A stretch of DNA of 26,437 nucleotides from a virus (lineage: Duplodnaviria; Caudoviricetes): IMG/VR virus record IMGVR_UViG_3300038675_000440, positions 1-26,437 of that record, one strand, 5' to 3'. Positions 6,811 through 16,473 of the stretch are shown in pieces (position 1 is the stretch's first letter; every line of letters starts with the position of its first letter). A program made the translations under genes and the position numbers. The notes under the pieces were generated by a model. The model was not told the origin of the DNA, ran no database searches, and worked only from the letters and a program-made list of their open reading frames with translations.

Positions 6811-7782
6811 TTAATTTTGCCATAGTTTTTCGTTTGCTAAAAATTGCTGCCTTGTTTTTTTAGTAAAACGCAACTTAGCAAAACCCTTGCGCCTCCTAAA
6901 TACTAGCATACTTTCACCGTTATTAACGGTTTTAACCTCACCCTCAGTCACTTCCCAAAACATTGGGTCTATGCTTTTAAAATCTTTAACAATGTCAAAA
7001 AACCATACCTCTGGCGCCTCAACGCTATATAAAGCCATGTAGCCACTATTAGTCGGCACAATTGCTGTTTTTGTACTACCGTTAATTTGGAAGGTTGTGC
7101 AGTTAAAATGTATGTCGCCGCTACTGGTTTCAACTACAATGCCACCGCTATTTAGTGCCTGTATTAAAACCAATGGGGCATTAGCTGTACCAACAATAAA
7201 ATCCGTTTCCCCGCTGTTAATGCCAGCAACACCCCTAAAACTGCCACTCTCACTACTGCTGCCAAGTTCAAAAAAACCAAGGCCAGCGCCACCAATATAA
7301 CCGCCAACGTTTGGCTGTAGGGTAAAAGTTATATCACCCCCGTCAAATAAAAAAAAGTTTTCATCACTTAGAGAAACCATGTCGTCACCGCTGCTAGTAC
7401 GTATTCTGTCACCAGTAATTGTTATACCAGTAATACTACCCGCAGTAAGCGTACCAAAGTTGGCACTTATTGCGCTTAGCTCATCTACATCCAACTTATC
7501 GGCCGTAATAGTATCCGCACCTATGCGGTCAGCGCTAATAGTGCCAGCCGTTACTTTTACAGCACTTAGGCTATCAACTTTTGCATTAGTAACAGCGCCG
7601 GTAGCAATCTTACCGGTGGTTATTGCCCCATCCTCAATTTTTGCGGTAGTAATTATGGCCGTACCAATACGCGCCGTATCAATTGGTGCGCCCTGTACCA
7701 TGGCTTGTAACGTACTAACGCGTTGCTCAATTGTGGCAATTTGGTCAAAAAGCTGCTGGCTTGCTAGACTATTTAAACTCAT
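6811..7782 (-). CDS. tail fibre/receptor-binding protein, paralog 3
   Basis: IT.AKI-type repeats, variable beta-rich middle, conserved KTAIVPT..GY.ALY..EAPEVWF.D C-terminus; ATG 7782 overlaps the upstream stop. Confidence 0.8.
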   Translation of the reverse strand: MSLNSLASQQLFDQIATIEQRVSTLQAMVQGAPIDTARIGTAIITTAKIEDGAITTGKIATGAVTNAKVDSLSAVKVTAGTISADRIGADTITADKLDVDELSAISANFGTLTAGSITGITITGDRIRTSSGDDMVSLSDENFFLFDGGDITFTLQPNVGGYIGGAGLGFFELGSSSESGSFRGVAGINSGETDFIVGTANAPLVLIQALNSGGIVVETSSGDIHFNCTTFQINGSTKTAIVPTNSGYMALYSVEAPEVWFFDIVKDFKSIDPMFWEVTEGEVKTVNNGESMLVFRRRKGFAKLRFTKKTRQQFLANEKLWQN

Positions 7783-8744
7783 ACCGCCCCCCAAAACTTG
7801 TTGTTTTTATCAAACTGCACCGCTGTCTTTTTTTCAAACCTAGTATTTAAAAATCCCTTACGCTTGCGGAAAACTAATAATTCCCCCTGGTCTGTTGTCA
7901 GTGCGTTTATTTCACCCTCGGTTACCTCACTAAAAATTGGGTCAAACTTGTCTTTAATAAAATCAAAAAACCAAACCTCTGGTGCTTCTAAACAATATAA
8001 GGCGCGGTAGCCTTGTTTTGTTGGCACAATAGCTGTTTTAACACTGCCGTTTATTCTAACGTTGCCACTTGGCCAGATGTTAATTTGGTCATCAGCTGCA
8101 ACAAGTTGCATATCACCACCACTTTGGCCACTAATAAAATCAAAATCTATACTGCCCCCAACTTGGAAAGTTGTCTGTGTGCTACTAGCTTTAAAAAAAC
8201 TTGCCCAAAAAGTGCCAGTTGAAAACTTATACCAATGTGTGCCGATGTCATATATTTTTAAGCCATCTGGGTCAAAGCGGTATTTTTCAGTACCACCGCT
8301 GTTATAAAAGCGCATAGCATTTGGGCTAGCCGTCATTTCAATACGCTCACCACTGCTTGCCGTACGCACCGTACCACCAGTTATGGTAACACCGGTAATG
8401 CTACCGCCAGTAATAGTACCAACATCAGCACTAATTGCGCTTAATGTACTAATATTTAATTTATCGGCGGTAATTATGCCAGCACCAATACGCGCCGCAT
8501 TTAATGTGCCCGCAGTAAAGTCGCCCGCATCAATGCTAGTTATTTTTGCGTTTGTAATTGCAAGGTCAGCAAACTTTGCATTGGTAATACTAAGGTCGTC
8601 AATTTGTGCATCGGTAATACTTGCGTCCTTTATGCGTATTACACTAACGGGGTTGCCAGCTAAAAATAGCTCAACTTCCTCAAGCTGCTCTTGTATGCGG
8701 CCAAACCTACGCTCAATAGTAGCTTGTTCAATTACATTAAGCAT
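7779..8744 (-). CDS. tail fibre/receptor-binding protein, paralog 2
   Basis: Same architecture; true start MLNVIEQA at 8744 by homology to MSLNIIEQA of paralog 1. Confidence 0.8.
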   Translation of the reverse strand: MLNVIEQATIERRFGRIQEQLEEVELFLAGNPVSVIRIKDASITDAQIDDLSITNAKFADLAITNAKITSIDAGDFTAGTLNAARIGAGIITADKLNISTLSAISADVGTITGGSITGVTITGGTVRTASSGERIEMTASPNAMRFYNSGGTEKYRFDPDGLKIYDIGTHWYKFSTGTFWASFFKASSTQTTFQVGGSIDFDFISGQSGGDMQLVAADDQINIWPSGNVRINGSVKTAIVPTKQGYRALYCLEAPEVWFFDFIKDKFDPIFSEVTEGEINALTTDQGELLVFRKRKGFLNTRFEKKTAVQFDKNNKFWGAV

Positions 8745-9687
8745 ACAGCTTGCTATTCCTTTCAAACTCCACACTCGTTTTTTTTGTAAAACGTGTTTTG
8801 GCATAGCCCTTGCGTTTTGCAAACACTAGTTTTTTACCATTTATACATTTAAAAACGTGTTGCTTGCCCTCAGTTACTTCACTAAACATGGGGTCAGGCT
8901 TGCTTTTATAAAAATCCATAAACCAAACCCCTGGTGCTTCTGCACAATACAGCGCCCTGTAACCATTTTCGGTTAGCACAATTGCGGTTTTTGTACCAGT
9001 ATCAAGGCGTACCGTTGGTGCAATTAAGTTAATGGTGTCATCAGCAACAAAATAAATATCCCCACTGCCGTCGTGGTTTATGTAAAGTAAGCCATTATTA
9101 ACCGTCTGTATTAGGTTAAAAGAACTGCTGCTAGCATCCCATTGGGTCATTAAATTACTGCTGGCGTCATACAACCTAATTGCTGCTGTACCATAAAAAA
9201 CAACGTTGCCAGCACCCATGGCCACACGCTTGTTACCACTATCGTAAACATAAAATCGCTCTGGACTACCACTTATTTCAACGCGGCTACTAGAGTCAAC
9301 CGTGCGCACGGTGCCACCAGTAATTGTTACGCCGGTTACTGTGCCAGCATTAACGCTACCAATATCAGAAGTTATGGCACTTAATGTACTAACGTTTAAT
9401 TTTGTAGCGGTAATACTACTAGCCGCAATCCTGTCAGCGCTTAACGTACCGGTGGTTATTTTACTAGCGTCAAGGTCATTTATTTTCGCGTTTTCTATGG
9501 TTGCGTTAGCAATTTTTGCAGTAGTAACACTAAGGTCGGCTATTTTTGCACTGGTTATAGTAGCGTCCCCAATGCGTGCCGTGCTAATTGGCACACCAGA
9601 AAAAAAGGCCTCTGCGGCCTGTAGTCTTTCACGTAGGCCGCCAATGCGCCTATTTAACCTAGCCTGCTCAATTATATTTAAACTCAT
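8737..9687 (-). CDS. tail fibre/receptor-binding protein, paralog 1
   Basis: Same architecture; ATGA overlap with the hub gene. Confidence 0.8.
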   Translation of the reverse strand: MSLNIIEQARLNRRIGGLRERLQAAEAFFSGVPISTARIGDATITSAKIADLSVTTAKIANATIENAKINDLDASKITTGTLSADRIAASSITATKLNVSTLSAITSDIGSVNAGTVTGVTITGGTVRTVDSSSRVEISGSPERFYVYDSGNKRVAMGAGNVVFYGTAAIRLYDASSNLMTQWDASSSSFNLIQTVNNGLLYINHDGSGDIYFVADDTINLIAPTVRLDTGTKTAIVLTENGYRALYCAEAPGVWFMDFYKSKPDPMFSEVTEGKQHVFKCINGKKLVFAKRKGYAKTRFTKKTSVEFERNSKLYA

Positions 9688-11075
9688 ATTGTTATAAACT
9701 TGCCTAGTGTTAGCTCAAGCCTTTCAACATTTTTACTATCAAAACTAACGTTATACTCAAAAACCCTATACTGCTCATCAATGCTGTAGTAACCCCAACT
9801 GGCAATTAGCCTAATGCCGTCACCAATAGTAAAGCTGTCAATTGACGGCGTGTTGTTGCCAACCAGGTCAAAACTAACTTTTAACAATGCCAGGCCATAC
9901 TTGCGGATAGCAGCATCGCCCTTGTCTTGCAGGGTGCCCAAGTTGCTAGTGCTAATTTCAGTAAAGCGCCCCTCGTGTAGGCCGTAGGTTGTTTGTAGGC
10001 CAGCATCGTCACGCTCTACACGCTGTAAAGTTGTTTCGCCGGTAGCCTCACCCAAAACAATTGCGCGGTTAACGGGGTTAACAAAGTCCTCGGTTATGGT
10101 CATGTTTTTAATATTGTGGCCATACTCAAAAATTACGCTGTCGGTTTTGTCAGTGCCCATAATGTCATACACGTTAAAAACTTTAGCGTCAGTAATTTCA
10201 AAATCAAACCCGCTTACTACGTTAGCAAGGTTAATAATTGCCTCAGCTACATTTTGGTTGTTGTATGTGCGGTCGCGGTCTGTGGTGGTGGTTGTGCTGC
10301 CAATGGTAATGCCGGTGTCGTCATCGCTGTTTGTGTCAGTAATTAAAGTATTGGCAATAGCCCCAGCATCGGTGCTAGCAAACTCCTTTTCAGCTGCCGT
10401 AAAGCGGTGTATCAACTGCTCAAACCAGGTGTAGCAGTATATGGTTATCCAGTTATTTCCCTTGTCGGTTAATTTACCGGTGGCTAGTGCCTGGTTGCCA
10501 GCCCACACCAAAACATCTGCGCTATCTTTACGCCGGTATATTTCAATGGTGTTTTTACGCAGGTCAATTAGTGTGCTGGCCATAGGGTCATTTGCCCTAA
10601 TGTCAAAGTTTGCCTCACCGTAATTATTTAACCGCTTGCCGTGCTCAACCTTGCGGAAGCTTTGCACTTCGCCAACCAAGTCGCCGCTGCTGTCTTTAAC
10701 TAATATTTTGTACCCAAGCGGCCTGTCAATTGCGCCAAGGCCGGTTAATTTGCTAGCCCTATCACTATTTTCAAGGCCAAACCCAGTTAGTTTACTGCCA
10801 CGCTCACTTGGCGTGCCACTACCCAATAGTTTACTACCACGCTCACTTGCTACATCAATGGCGCCAGTTAATTTACTTGCACGCTCGTCTGGTGTGCCAG
10901 TACCAGTTAATTTACTAGCACGCTCATTACTTACATTTTCGGCACCAGTTAATTTACTAGCACGGTCATCTGGGGTAGTTGTACTAAAGTCAAAATCAGC
11001 ATTGGTGCCGGTAGGTGGGTTGTAGTCCAGTAGTTCAAAGTTGGCTGCTGTGCCGTCCGGAGGCGTGTAAGACAT
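9684..11075 (-). CDS. tail hub/minor tail protein (ReqiPepy6 Gp37-like) with N-terminal repeat extension
   Basis: Position after Dit and before the fibres; LVWAG, GFDFEI, VIFEYGHNI, NRAIVLG, F.IGD.I pattern of siphovirus hub proteins. Confidence 0.7.
   Translation of the reverse strand: MSYTPPDGTAANFELLDYNPPTGTNADFDFSTTTPDDRASKLTGAENVSNERASKLTGTGTPDERASKLTGAIDVASERGSKLLGSGTPSERGSKLTGFGLENSDRASKLTGLGAIDRPLGYKILVKDSSGDLVGEVQSFRKVEHGKRLNNYGEANFDIRANDPMASTLIDLRKNTIEIYRRKDSADVLVWAGNQALATGKLTDKGNNWITIYCYTWFEQLIHRFTAAEKEFASTDAGAIANTLITDTNSDDDTGITIGSTTTTTDRDRTYNNQNVAEAIINLANVVSGFDFEITDAKVFNVYDIMGTDKTDSVIFEYGHNIKNMTITEDFVNPVNRAIVLGEATGETTLQRVERDDAGLQTTYGLHEGRFTEISTSNLGTLQDKGDAAIRKYGLALLKVSFDLVGNNTPSIDSFTIGDGIRLIASWGYYSIDEQYRVFEYNVSFDSKNVERLELTLGKFITI
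10740..10970 (-). repeat. six coding tandem repeats [DE]R[AG]SKL[TL]G with alternating 14/13-aa period
   Basis: Visible in the protein and as repeated ccagttaatttact-like DNA. Confidence 0.9.
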
Positions 11076-12668
11076 TTAAACCTCCTCTGGTACCATAAAT
11101 GGCAAGCTCCTTGCATTATATTGGTCGGGGCTATCCTCATATTCAGCTGTAACGTGGTATGTAACTGTTACGTCAAGGCCAGTAAAGCTGTAGTCACCGT
11201 TAACGTCACTTGTGGTTGTATTAACAACGGCATCTGTGTCGCTATTTATTAAAGTAATAACTGCATTTTGTACAGGGCTACCGTTTAGAGTACAGGTGCC
11301 ACTAATTACTGCATCCAAAGTGTCAAACTCAACATCAGCACCGTAAGCCGTACCAGCCTCATTTATTGCATATGCCCGGTAATAATAATGTGTGTCTGGG
11401 TCTAGGCCAGTTATAGCTACACCAGTAAACGCACCCGTTCCACTGCCGCTTGCCTGTTTGTTACCAGCTATTGTTGGGTTGGGGCTTGTGCCCCAAACAA
11501 CACCGCGCTCACTAACTGTGCCACCACCGTCATCAGTTACATTACCACCGCCCTCGGCGCTAATACTTGTTATATTTGTAGCTGGGGTTTCGGTTGTAAC
11601 CGTAGCTAATGAGGCTGCAGAAATAGAATAAAAAGTTGCAGGTGAATTTTGATTATTATATTCTGTGACAATCCAGTCTAAAGAAATGTTTGACCCATTT
11701 GATAATAAATAAACTTCATCAATTGAACCTGCCCAGTTTTCGTTATCAGCACCAGCAGCATCTTCCCCAATTCCCCAATCAATTGCCCTGGTAGCAATAC
11801 TTGAATCACAAGAACCAGAAGCCTTTAACGAACCATCTAAATATATATATGCTGTACCAGAAATAACTACTACCCAAACACGATGCCAGGAATCATCATT
11901 TATAGTATTGGTCGTTTGAATATCTAAATCTGTAGTTCCCCATATTCTTAATCTGGCTTGATTCGTGTCTTTTTTATCAAAAATAATATCACCATCAAGT
12001 GGCGCACCAGCGCCAGCATATTTAGAAACGATACGCTTTAAGTTTGATGATTCTGATGTTTTTATCCAAGCAGCTATTGCAAAAGATGCTCCAGGTGAAT
12101 CAATAACCTGACCAATGTTTATTTTACTAGTGGCACCGTTATATCCTCCACCATTTCCTATTTTTCCATTAGCATCGCTATAGGTTATGTCTGTATCAGC
12201 CCCATCGTATGAACCTAATGAGTCAACAGCGCTTGATTCCTTATGATAAACTGCTGCAAAATCACTATTCCACGCTCCTGATATATTTTCTTGAGAAGTT
12301 GTTACACCACTGTCGTTATATCCAATATATATATTTGTATCGACATTATAGTTTAATGTCGGAATTTTTACGCTAACTATGATTTCTCCAGTAGTAGCGT
12401 TGTATTTAATTACTTCAAAATTAAGTGGGGTGGTTAAAGCTAAGTCAGAAAAAAAAGCAAAATCTGCTGGCACAGTAGTAGCACCATCAGCACCACCACT
12501 AGCATCGGTGTTTTGAATATCACCACCATTGGCTACAGTCCTAAAATCTGGGTCTGTCCCACTACCAGCATAGACTCCTTTAATTAAAACTGGAAAATCG
12601 GTAAAATTGGAAGAGCCACTAACCTTAGTATTATCTATAGTGATTGCTGCAACGTATTGATATGCCAT
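11076..12668 (-). CDS. virion adhesin-like protein: DUF2341-like, LamG/ConA-like, Fn3-like and C-terminal beta-sandwich domains
   Basis: TDFPVLI...VKIPTL..N.DT.IYIGY; GKIGNG, AAWIKT, INDDSWH, IYLDG, GSIDEV, WIVTEYNNQ; ERGVVWGTSPNPT, YYYRAYAINEAGTAYG; start set at MAYQY (12668). Confidence 0.75.
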   Translation of the reverse strand: MAYQYVAAITIDNTKVSGSSNFTDFPVLIKGVYAGSGTDPDFRTVANGGDIQNTDASGGADGATTVPADFAFFSDLALTTPLNFEVIKYNATTGEIIVSVKIPTLNYNVDTNIYIGYNDSGVTTSQENISGAWNSDFAAVYHKESSAVDSLGSYDGADTDITYSDANGKIGNGGGYNGATSKINIGQVIDSPGASFAIAAWIKTSESSNLKRIVSKYAGAGAPLDGDIIFDKKDTNQARLRIWGTTDLDIQTTNTINDDSWHRVWVVVISGTAYIYLDGSLKASGSCDSSIATRAIDWGIGEDAAGADNENWAGSIDEVYLLSNGSNISLDWIVTEYNNQNSPATFYSISAASLATVTTETPATNITSISAEGGGNVTDDGGGTVSERGVVWGTSPNPTIAGNKQASGSGTGAFTGVAITGLDPDTHYYYRAYAINEAGTAYGADVEFDTLDAVISGTCTLNGSPVQNAVITLINSDTDAVVNTTTSDVNGDYSFTGLDVTVTYHVTAEYEDSPDQYNARSLPFMVPEEV

Positions 12669-12669
12669 A

Positions 12670-13083
12670 TTATTTTGCCTTTTTACCAATTATAGACTGC
12701 TGTGCTGCTAAAACCCAGCAATTATTTGTATTTGCTGCGCTTACCCACAGTTGTAAAAACGCACTGCCATAGCCAGCCTCGATAACATAATACGTATCCA
12801 TAGCTGCACCAGGCTTTAAATCCTGGCCAACCACTTTACCGTAAGTATATTGTGTTGGTTTTGGGGCGTTTGCAAATGCACTAAACTTGGGGTTTTTGCC
12901 AGCGCTAGGTAAATTAAAAGTACGCTTACCGTCTGTTAAACACAAACTAGTAATGTGTAAATTGTTTTTATTAAGGTAGTCAAACAACTGTAGCCACGGC
13001 GACTTATCACCTGGTTTAGTTGTAAACTTATTTTCTGTAAGTGTTTCGCCGTTATTTAAACCGGCTTGCCAAAAGAGTCGCAT
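12670..13083 (-). CDS. hypothetical protein in the tail module (137 aa)
   Basis: GGAGG SD; in operon. Confidence 0.75.
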   Translation of the reverse strand: MRLFWQAGLNNGETLTENKFTTKPGDKSPWLQLFDYLNKNNLHITSLCLTDGKRTFNLPSAGKNPKFSAFANAPKPTQYTYGKVVGQDLKPGAAMDTYYVIEAGYGSAFLQLWVSAANTNNCWVLAAQQSIIGKKAK

Positions 13084-13093
13084 TGCGCCTCCC

Positions 13094-13687
13094 TTATTGT
13101 ATTACTGCTTCAAACCTTAGTGTGTCTAGTTTAACGCCCGTAGCTGTAGCGCCTTTGCTAAGCACAATGTAAAAATCATGGCTTGTACTTGGGGTGCTGC
13201 TGTCAGCCAATTCAAGCGGGCTCCCACTGCCCTCAGCCTCAGTAAAGTTAGCATCGCCAACCTCAGCTGCGCGTACATCAATGCCGGCCAGTGGGTCGGC
13301 CACTGATTGGTTTGGGTCATAGCTAAAGAAAACGGGGCTAACTACAGTAATGCTAGCAGCATCGGCAACGTTAATATTAAGCACCGCCTCGGCTTCCGTT
13401 ACTGTGTCAAGGTCTACGGTACTACCACCATTTACCTGTACTTGGCTATCGCCGCCGGTGCCACCGGTTTGGCTAATAAACTTGTTGTTATTGGGTACAT
13501 TACCGTCACTAAGGTCAGCGCCGCCGCTTGCCTCAATATGCGTGCTGTCGTTATATTCACCAACAAAAATGGGGTCACCAAATGCTGCGCCAGCAAATTG
13601 CAAAATGTCGTTATCTGGGTCGCCGCGTAGTTCAGTATCTTGCCCGTAGGGGTCATTGCTTTGTAGTAGCCATGTAAACGTTGCCAT
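13094..13687 (-). CDS. putative virion structural protein (197 aa, acidic, beta-rich)
   Basis: GGAGG SD; D/S/T/G-rich; follows Dit. Confidence 0.7.
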   Translation of the reverse strand: MATFTWLLQSNDPYGQDTELRGDPDNDILQFAGAAFGDPIFVGEYNDSTHIEASGGADLSDGNVPNNNKFISQTGGTGGDSQVQVNGGSTVDLDTVTEAEAVLNINVADAASITVVSPVFFSYDPNQSVADPLAGIDVRAAEVGDANFTEAEGSGSPLELADSSTPSTSHDFYIVLSKGATATGVKLDTLRFEAVIQ

Positions 13688-13708
13688 ATTACCTCCATAC
13701 TATCACAT

Positions 13709-14473
13709 TTATACGCCGTTGTATGCGTCACGCCACTGCACTTGCAGCTGGGTTGCGCCGGTGCTGCTGGTGGGTACATCAAACTCTATTTCGTTAACAC
13801 CAGGCACTAGGCTAAAAAACTCACCAGTAAAAATGTTCATTGCTGCACTGCCGTCCAAAGTAACTGTACGCGCCCCAACATCAACAATTACCTCTTGTGT
13901 GCCCGTTAAATTACCAATGTTAAATGTTTCGCCGGTAGTTAAATTGGTAACGCTAATGTCATCACCAGGCGCGGTTATTGTAAAAATAGGGCTGGTTTCC
14001 TCGTTGCCCTCGTTTTCAAAATCATCAGTTGCGTTAGCTGCAATGCTATTACTTTTAAGCGTTTGGCTATAAAACCGCCAATCAGGTGCTACCAACTCAA
14101 CCATGTATGTGTGTATCTGGTGTGTATATGGGTTTACCAACTTAACAATTTCAGCCTCAAACCTAATAAGCAGGTCATCATAGGTAGTACACTCAATTAG
14201 TTTTAGCTCGCTGGTTTGGCGCATAGCTGCCAACATAGTACGCCGCTGGCTAAAAACATCAGCTGCTACCAGGTCGCCAATAAATGACAAGCGCCTACGG
14301 CCAAACTTACTGGCCACAAAAACACTACTTTGCGCGCCGGCTACGTCCTCAACACTTACGTTTGTAGTGGGGTATTCCCACCCCTCAAACTGGCGCAAAA
14401 TTGTATCGTTACTATTATTATAAAAAGTAAAACTTTTGCTATTTGTAACGTCAGTAATTTTTATTTGTTTCAT
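13709..14473 (-). CDS. distal tail protein (Dit)
   Basis: Immediately after the tape measure; LVAPDWRFYS, NEGNEETSP, FFSLVPGVNEI, W..AY end. Confidence 0.85.
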   Translation of the reverse strand: MKQIKITDVTNSKSFTFYNNSNDTILRQFEGWEYPTTNVSVEDVAGAQSSVFVASKFGRRRLSFIGDLVAADVFSQRRTMLAAMRQTSELKLIECTTYDDLLIRFEAEIVKLVNPYTHQIHTYMVELVAPDWRFYSQTLKSNSIAANATDDFENEGNEETSPIFTITAPGDDISVTNLTTGETFNIGNLTGTQEVIVDVGARTVTLDGSAAMNIFTGEFFSLVPGVNEIEFDVPTSSTGATQLQVQWRDAYNGV

Positions 14474-16176
14474 GACGGGCTCCCAGGTACCAAATTAGTC
14501 CTAAAGGCAAACTCCCTGCCAAGTGCATTTACGTCTTGCATATCACCAACGCTGTCAATGGCAATGTTTACATTTTGTTGGAAACTTTCATGTGTGCCGC
14601 TAGCAATTTCGCCAACACCAGGTAATTGCGGCATGCTAATGTCGCCCAATTTGTCAAGCTGGTGCCTAATTACGTCCACGCCTTTGGTTATGTTGTCAAC
14701 TAAACTTGGGCTCTCCCTGTGGAACGGGCTAAGCCTGTCCATCTGGTCTTTAATTTTGCCGGCAATATCCTTTACACTTTGCCACGCATCAGTAAATGGT
14801 TGGGTAATGGCATTTTTTAAACCGCTTAGTGCATTGCTAACTGCTTGTGGGAAGCCTTTAAAAAAGTTAACCATGCTATTAAACTTTTCAATAGTACCGG
14901 CCACCCAGCCAATCAAAACCTTTAATACCTCAATTGCCACCCGCAGTGAAGCAATAACAATACCACCCACAATAGTGGCTAACACTTTAAGTATTGGTAT
15001 TAAAATTGGGCTAATAATATCCCACAGCGCTTTTAATTGTGGCAGTAGTTGCTCGCTAATTACTTTCCATAGGTCATTTAATGCCGGCATAACATGTTTG
15101 TTAAATGCCTCGGCAAACACATCCCAGGCCGCTTTAACTTTTTTGGTTGCTTCCTCCCAACCACCCATGGCCTCAACTAAAACTTTAATTAACAAACCTA
15201 TAGCAGCGCCGGCGGCAATAAATGGCAATAGCGGTACCATGGCCGCAATAAACGCACTGGCTAGCGCGTAAACTGCTGGCACTAAACCGCCAATTATAAT
15301 GCCGGCAATAATGGGGAAGTTTTCAGTAATAAAATTAACCAAGTTTTGTATATTTTCAGGTGTAGTAAGCTGGCCTAGCGCGTCAATAACGCCGCTTAAT
15401 GATTGTTTAACAGTGTCAAAAATGCCGCTTGTTTGTACAAATGTAGCCAAACCAATAGTAACTGTGTCAACTAAATTGCTCCACAGCTGGTTAAATGTAC
15501 CGGCCTGCGCAGTAAACCCAGCGCTAGTAATGCCGCCCTCCTCGCCGGCTTTCCTAAATGCCTCAAACAAGTCTTCTGCTGCCGTTTCGCTTTCCTGCAA
15601 CCCCTCAAGGGTCATGCCGTTAGCTTCAACAATGTCGTTAAACATCGGTATGGCACTTTGAAACTGCCTAATGTCCATTGCGGTAACTTTACCCGTACTG
15701 CTAATTTGCTGTAGGTTTAAAACAACGCGGTCAAGTTCCTCTTGGCCTTTACCACTGGTGGCAATTGCTTTACCCACATCAAGCAAGGTGTCAACCGCTT
15801 TGTCGCCGTCTTTGGTAACAGCCGTAAGCGCCTGGGCACCCTCAACCAAACCAGTCAGCTCAAATGGGGTAGCGGCAGCCTCTTTTTTAATACGCGCCAT
15901 TGTGGCATCGGCTTCCTCGGCACTACCAAGTAAAGCAACAAAACCTTGCCTGGCACTTTCAAGGTCGCCGGCAATTTTTACACCAAACCCAATTGCGGTG
16001 GTAGCAGCTGCGCCAATAGCTAGTAAGCCGGTAGCAAACATTTGGCTACCCTTTTCAGCGTTACGCATGGTATCGCCAAAACTGTTTACCTTGGCACTGG
16101 CACTGTCAATTTTCTGGCTAAACTTTTTGTCGTCTAGGTCAAGGTCATAGTGGATTGCGCCTACTTGTGTGCTCAT
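14470..16176 (-). CDS. tail tape measure protein
   Basis: 568 aa; VGAIHYDLDLD N-terminus, AAATPFELTGL, QAGTFNQLWSNL, hydrophobic and W-periodic segments. Confidence 0.92.
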   Translation of the reverse strand: MSTQVGAIHYDLDLDDKKFSQKIDSASAKVNSFGDTMRNAEKGSQMFATGLLAIGAAATTAIGFGVKIAGDLESARQGFVALLGSAEEADATMARIKKEAAATPFELTGLVEGAQALTAVTKDGDKAVDTLLDVGKAIATSGKGQEELDRVVLNLQQISSTGKVTAMDIRQFQSAIPMFNDIVEANGMTLEGLQESETAAEDLFEAFRKAGEEGGITSAGFTAQAGTFNQLWSNLVDTVTIGLATFVQTSGIFDTVKQSLSGVIDALGQLTTPENIQNLVNFITENFPIIAGIIIGGLVPAVYALASAFIAAMVPLLPFIAAGAAIGLLIKVLVEAMGGWEEATKKVKAAWDVFAEAFNKHVMPALNDLWKVISEQLLPQLKALWDIISPILIPILKVLATIVGGIVIASLRVAIEVLKVLIGWVAGTIEKFNSMVNFFKGFPQAVSNALSGLKNAITQPFTDAWQSVKDIAGKIKDQMDRLSPFHRESPSLVDNITKGVDVIRHQLDKLGDISMPQLPGVGEIASGTHESFQQNVNIAIDSVGDMQDVNALGREFAFRTNLVPGSPS

Positions 16177-16473
16177 TTTTTACCTTTAAATAGTTTGCGT
16201 AATTTCTCGCGGTCTTTGTTTATTTTCATTGTATCAGGTTTGCCAGTTGTTGTGTTATTTACCCGCAATAATAAATCGCGCCTGGCAGCATCTTTTAAGT
16301 ATGGGAAGCTGCTAACAGTTAACTGCCACTGCCGTGCCTCGTTTTGCAACTCAACGGCACGCTCTAAAAGCACAAAAAAACGGCTTGCGTACTCGTCTAA
16401 GACTGTAGCAGCCGTGTAACCTGGGTAAAATGACAAAAAGCGGGCTATTGCTTTGCTATAGGTGTTTTTTTTT
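16173..16473 (-). CDS. tail assembly chaperone C-terminal extension (gpT-like), reached by -1 frameshift
   Basis: The -1 frame is open from the A9 run (16465-16473) through NTYSKAIARFLSFYPGY... to 16173; no good start of its own. Confidence 0.8.

Noticed and set aside
6569-6823. 84-aa basic ORF overlapping 6487..6735 in another frame
   Set aside because: 167-bp overlap with a gene that has a strong SD; low-complexity K/R-rich product; cannot be fully excluded because its ATG overlaps the fibre gene end
6811-9687. Diversity-generating retroelement or invertible shufflon acting on the fibre paralogs
   Set aside because: No reverse transcriptase, no near-identical TR/VR pair with adenine-specific differences, no recombinase or inverted crossover sites seen
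10740-10970. CRISPR-like array (repeats at 39-42 bp period)
   Set aside because: Repeats are degenerate at synonymous positions and in frame within a tail gene; they are protein repeats
13699-13707. TGTGATAGT as another extended -10 promoter
   Set aside because: Poor -10 match, and a start here would fall within the SD of the 13687 gene
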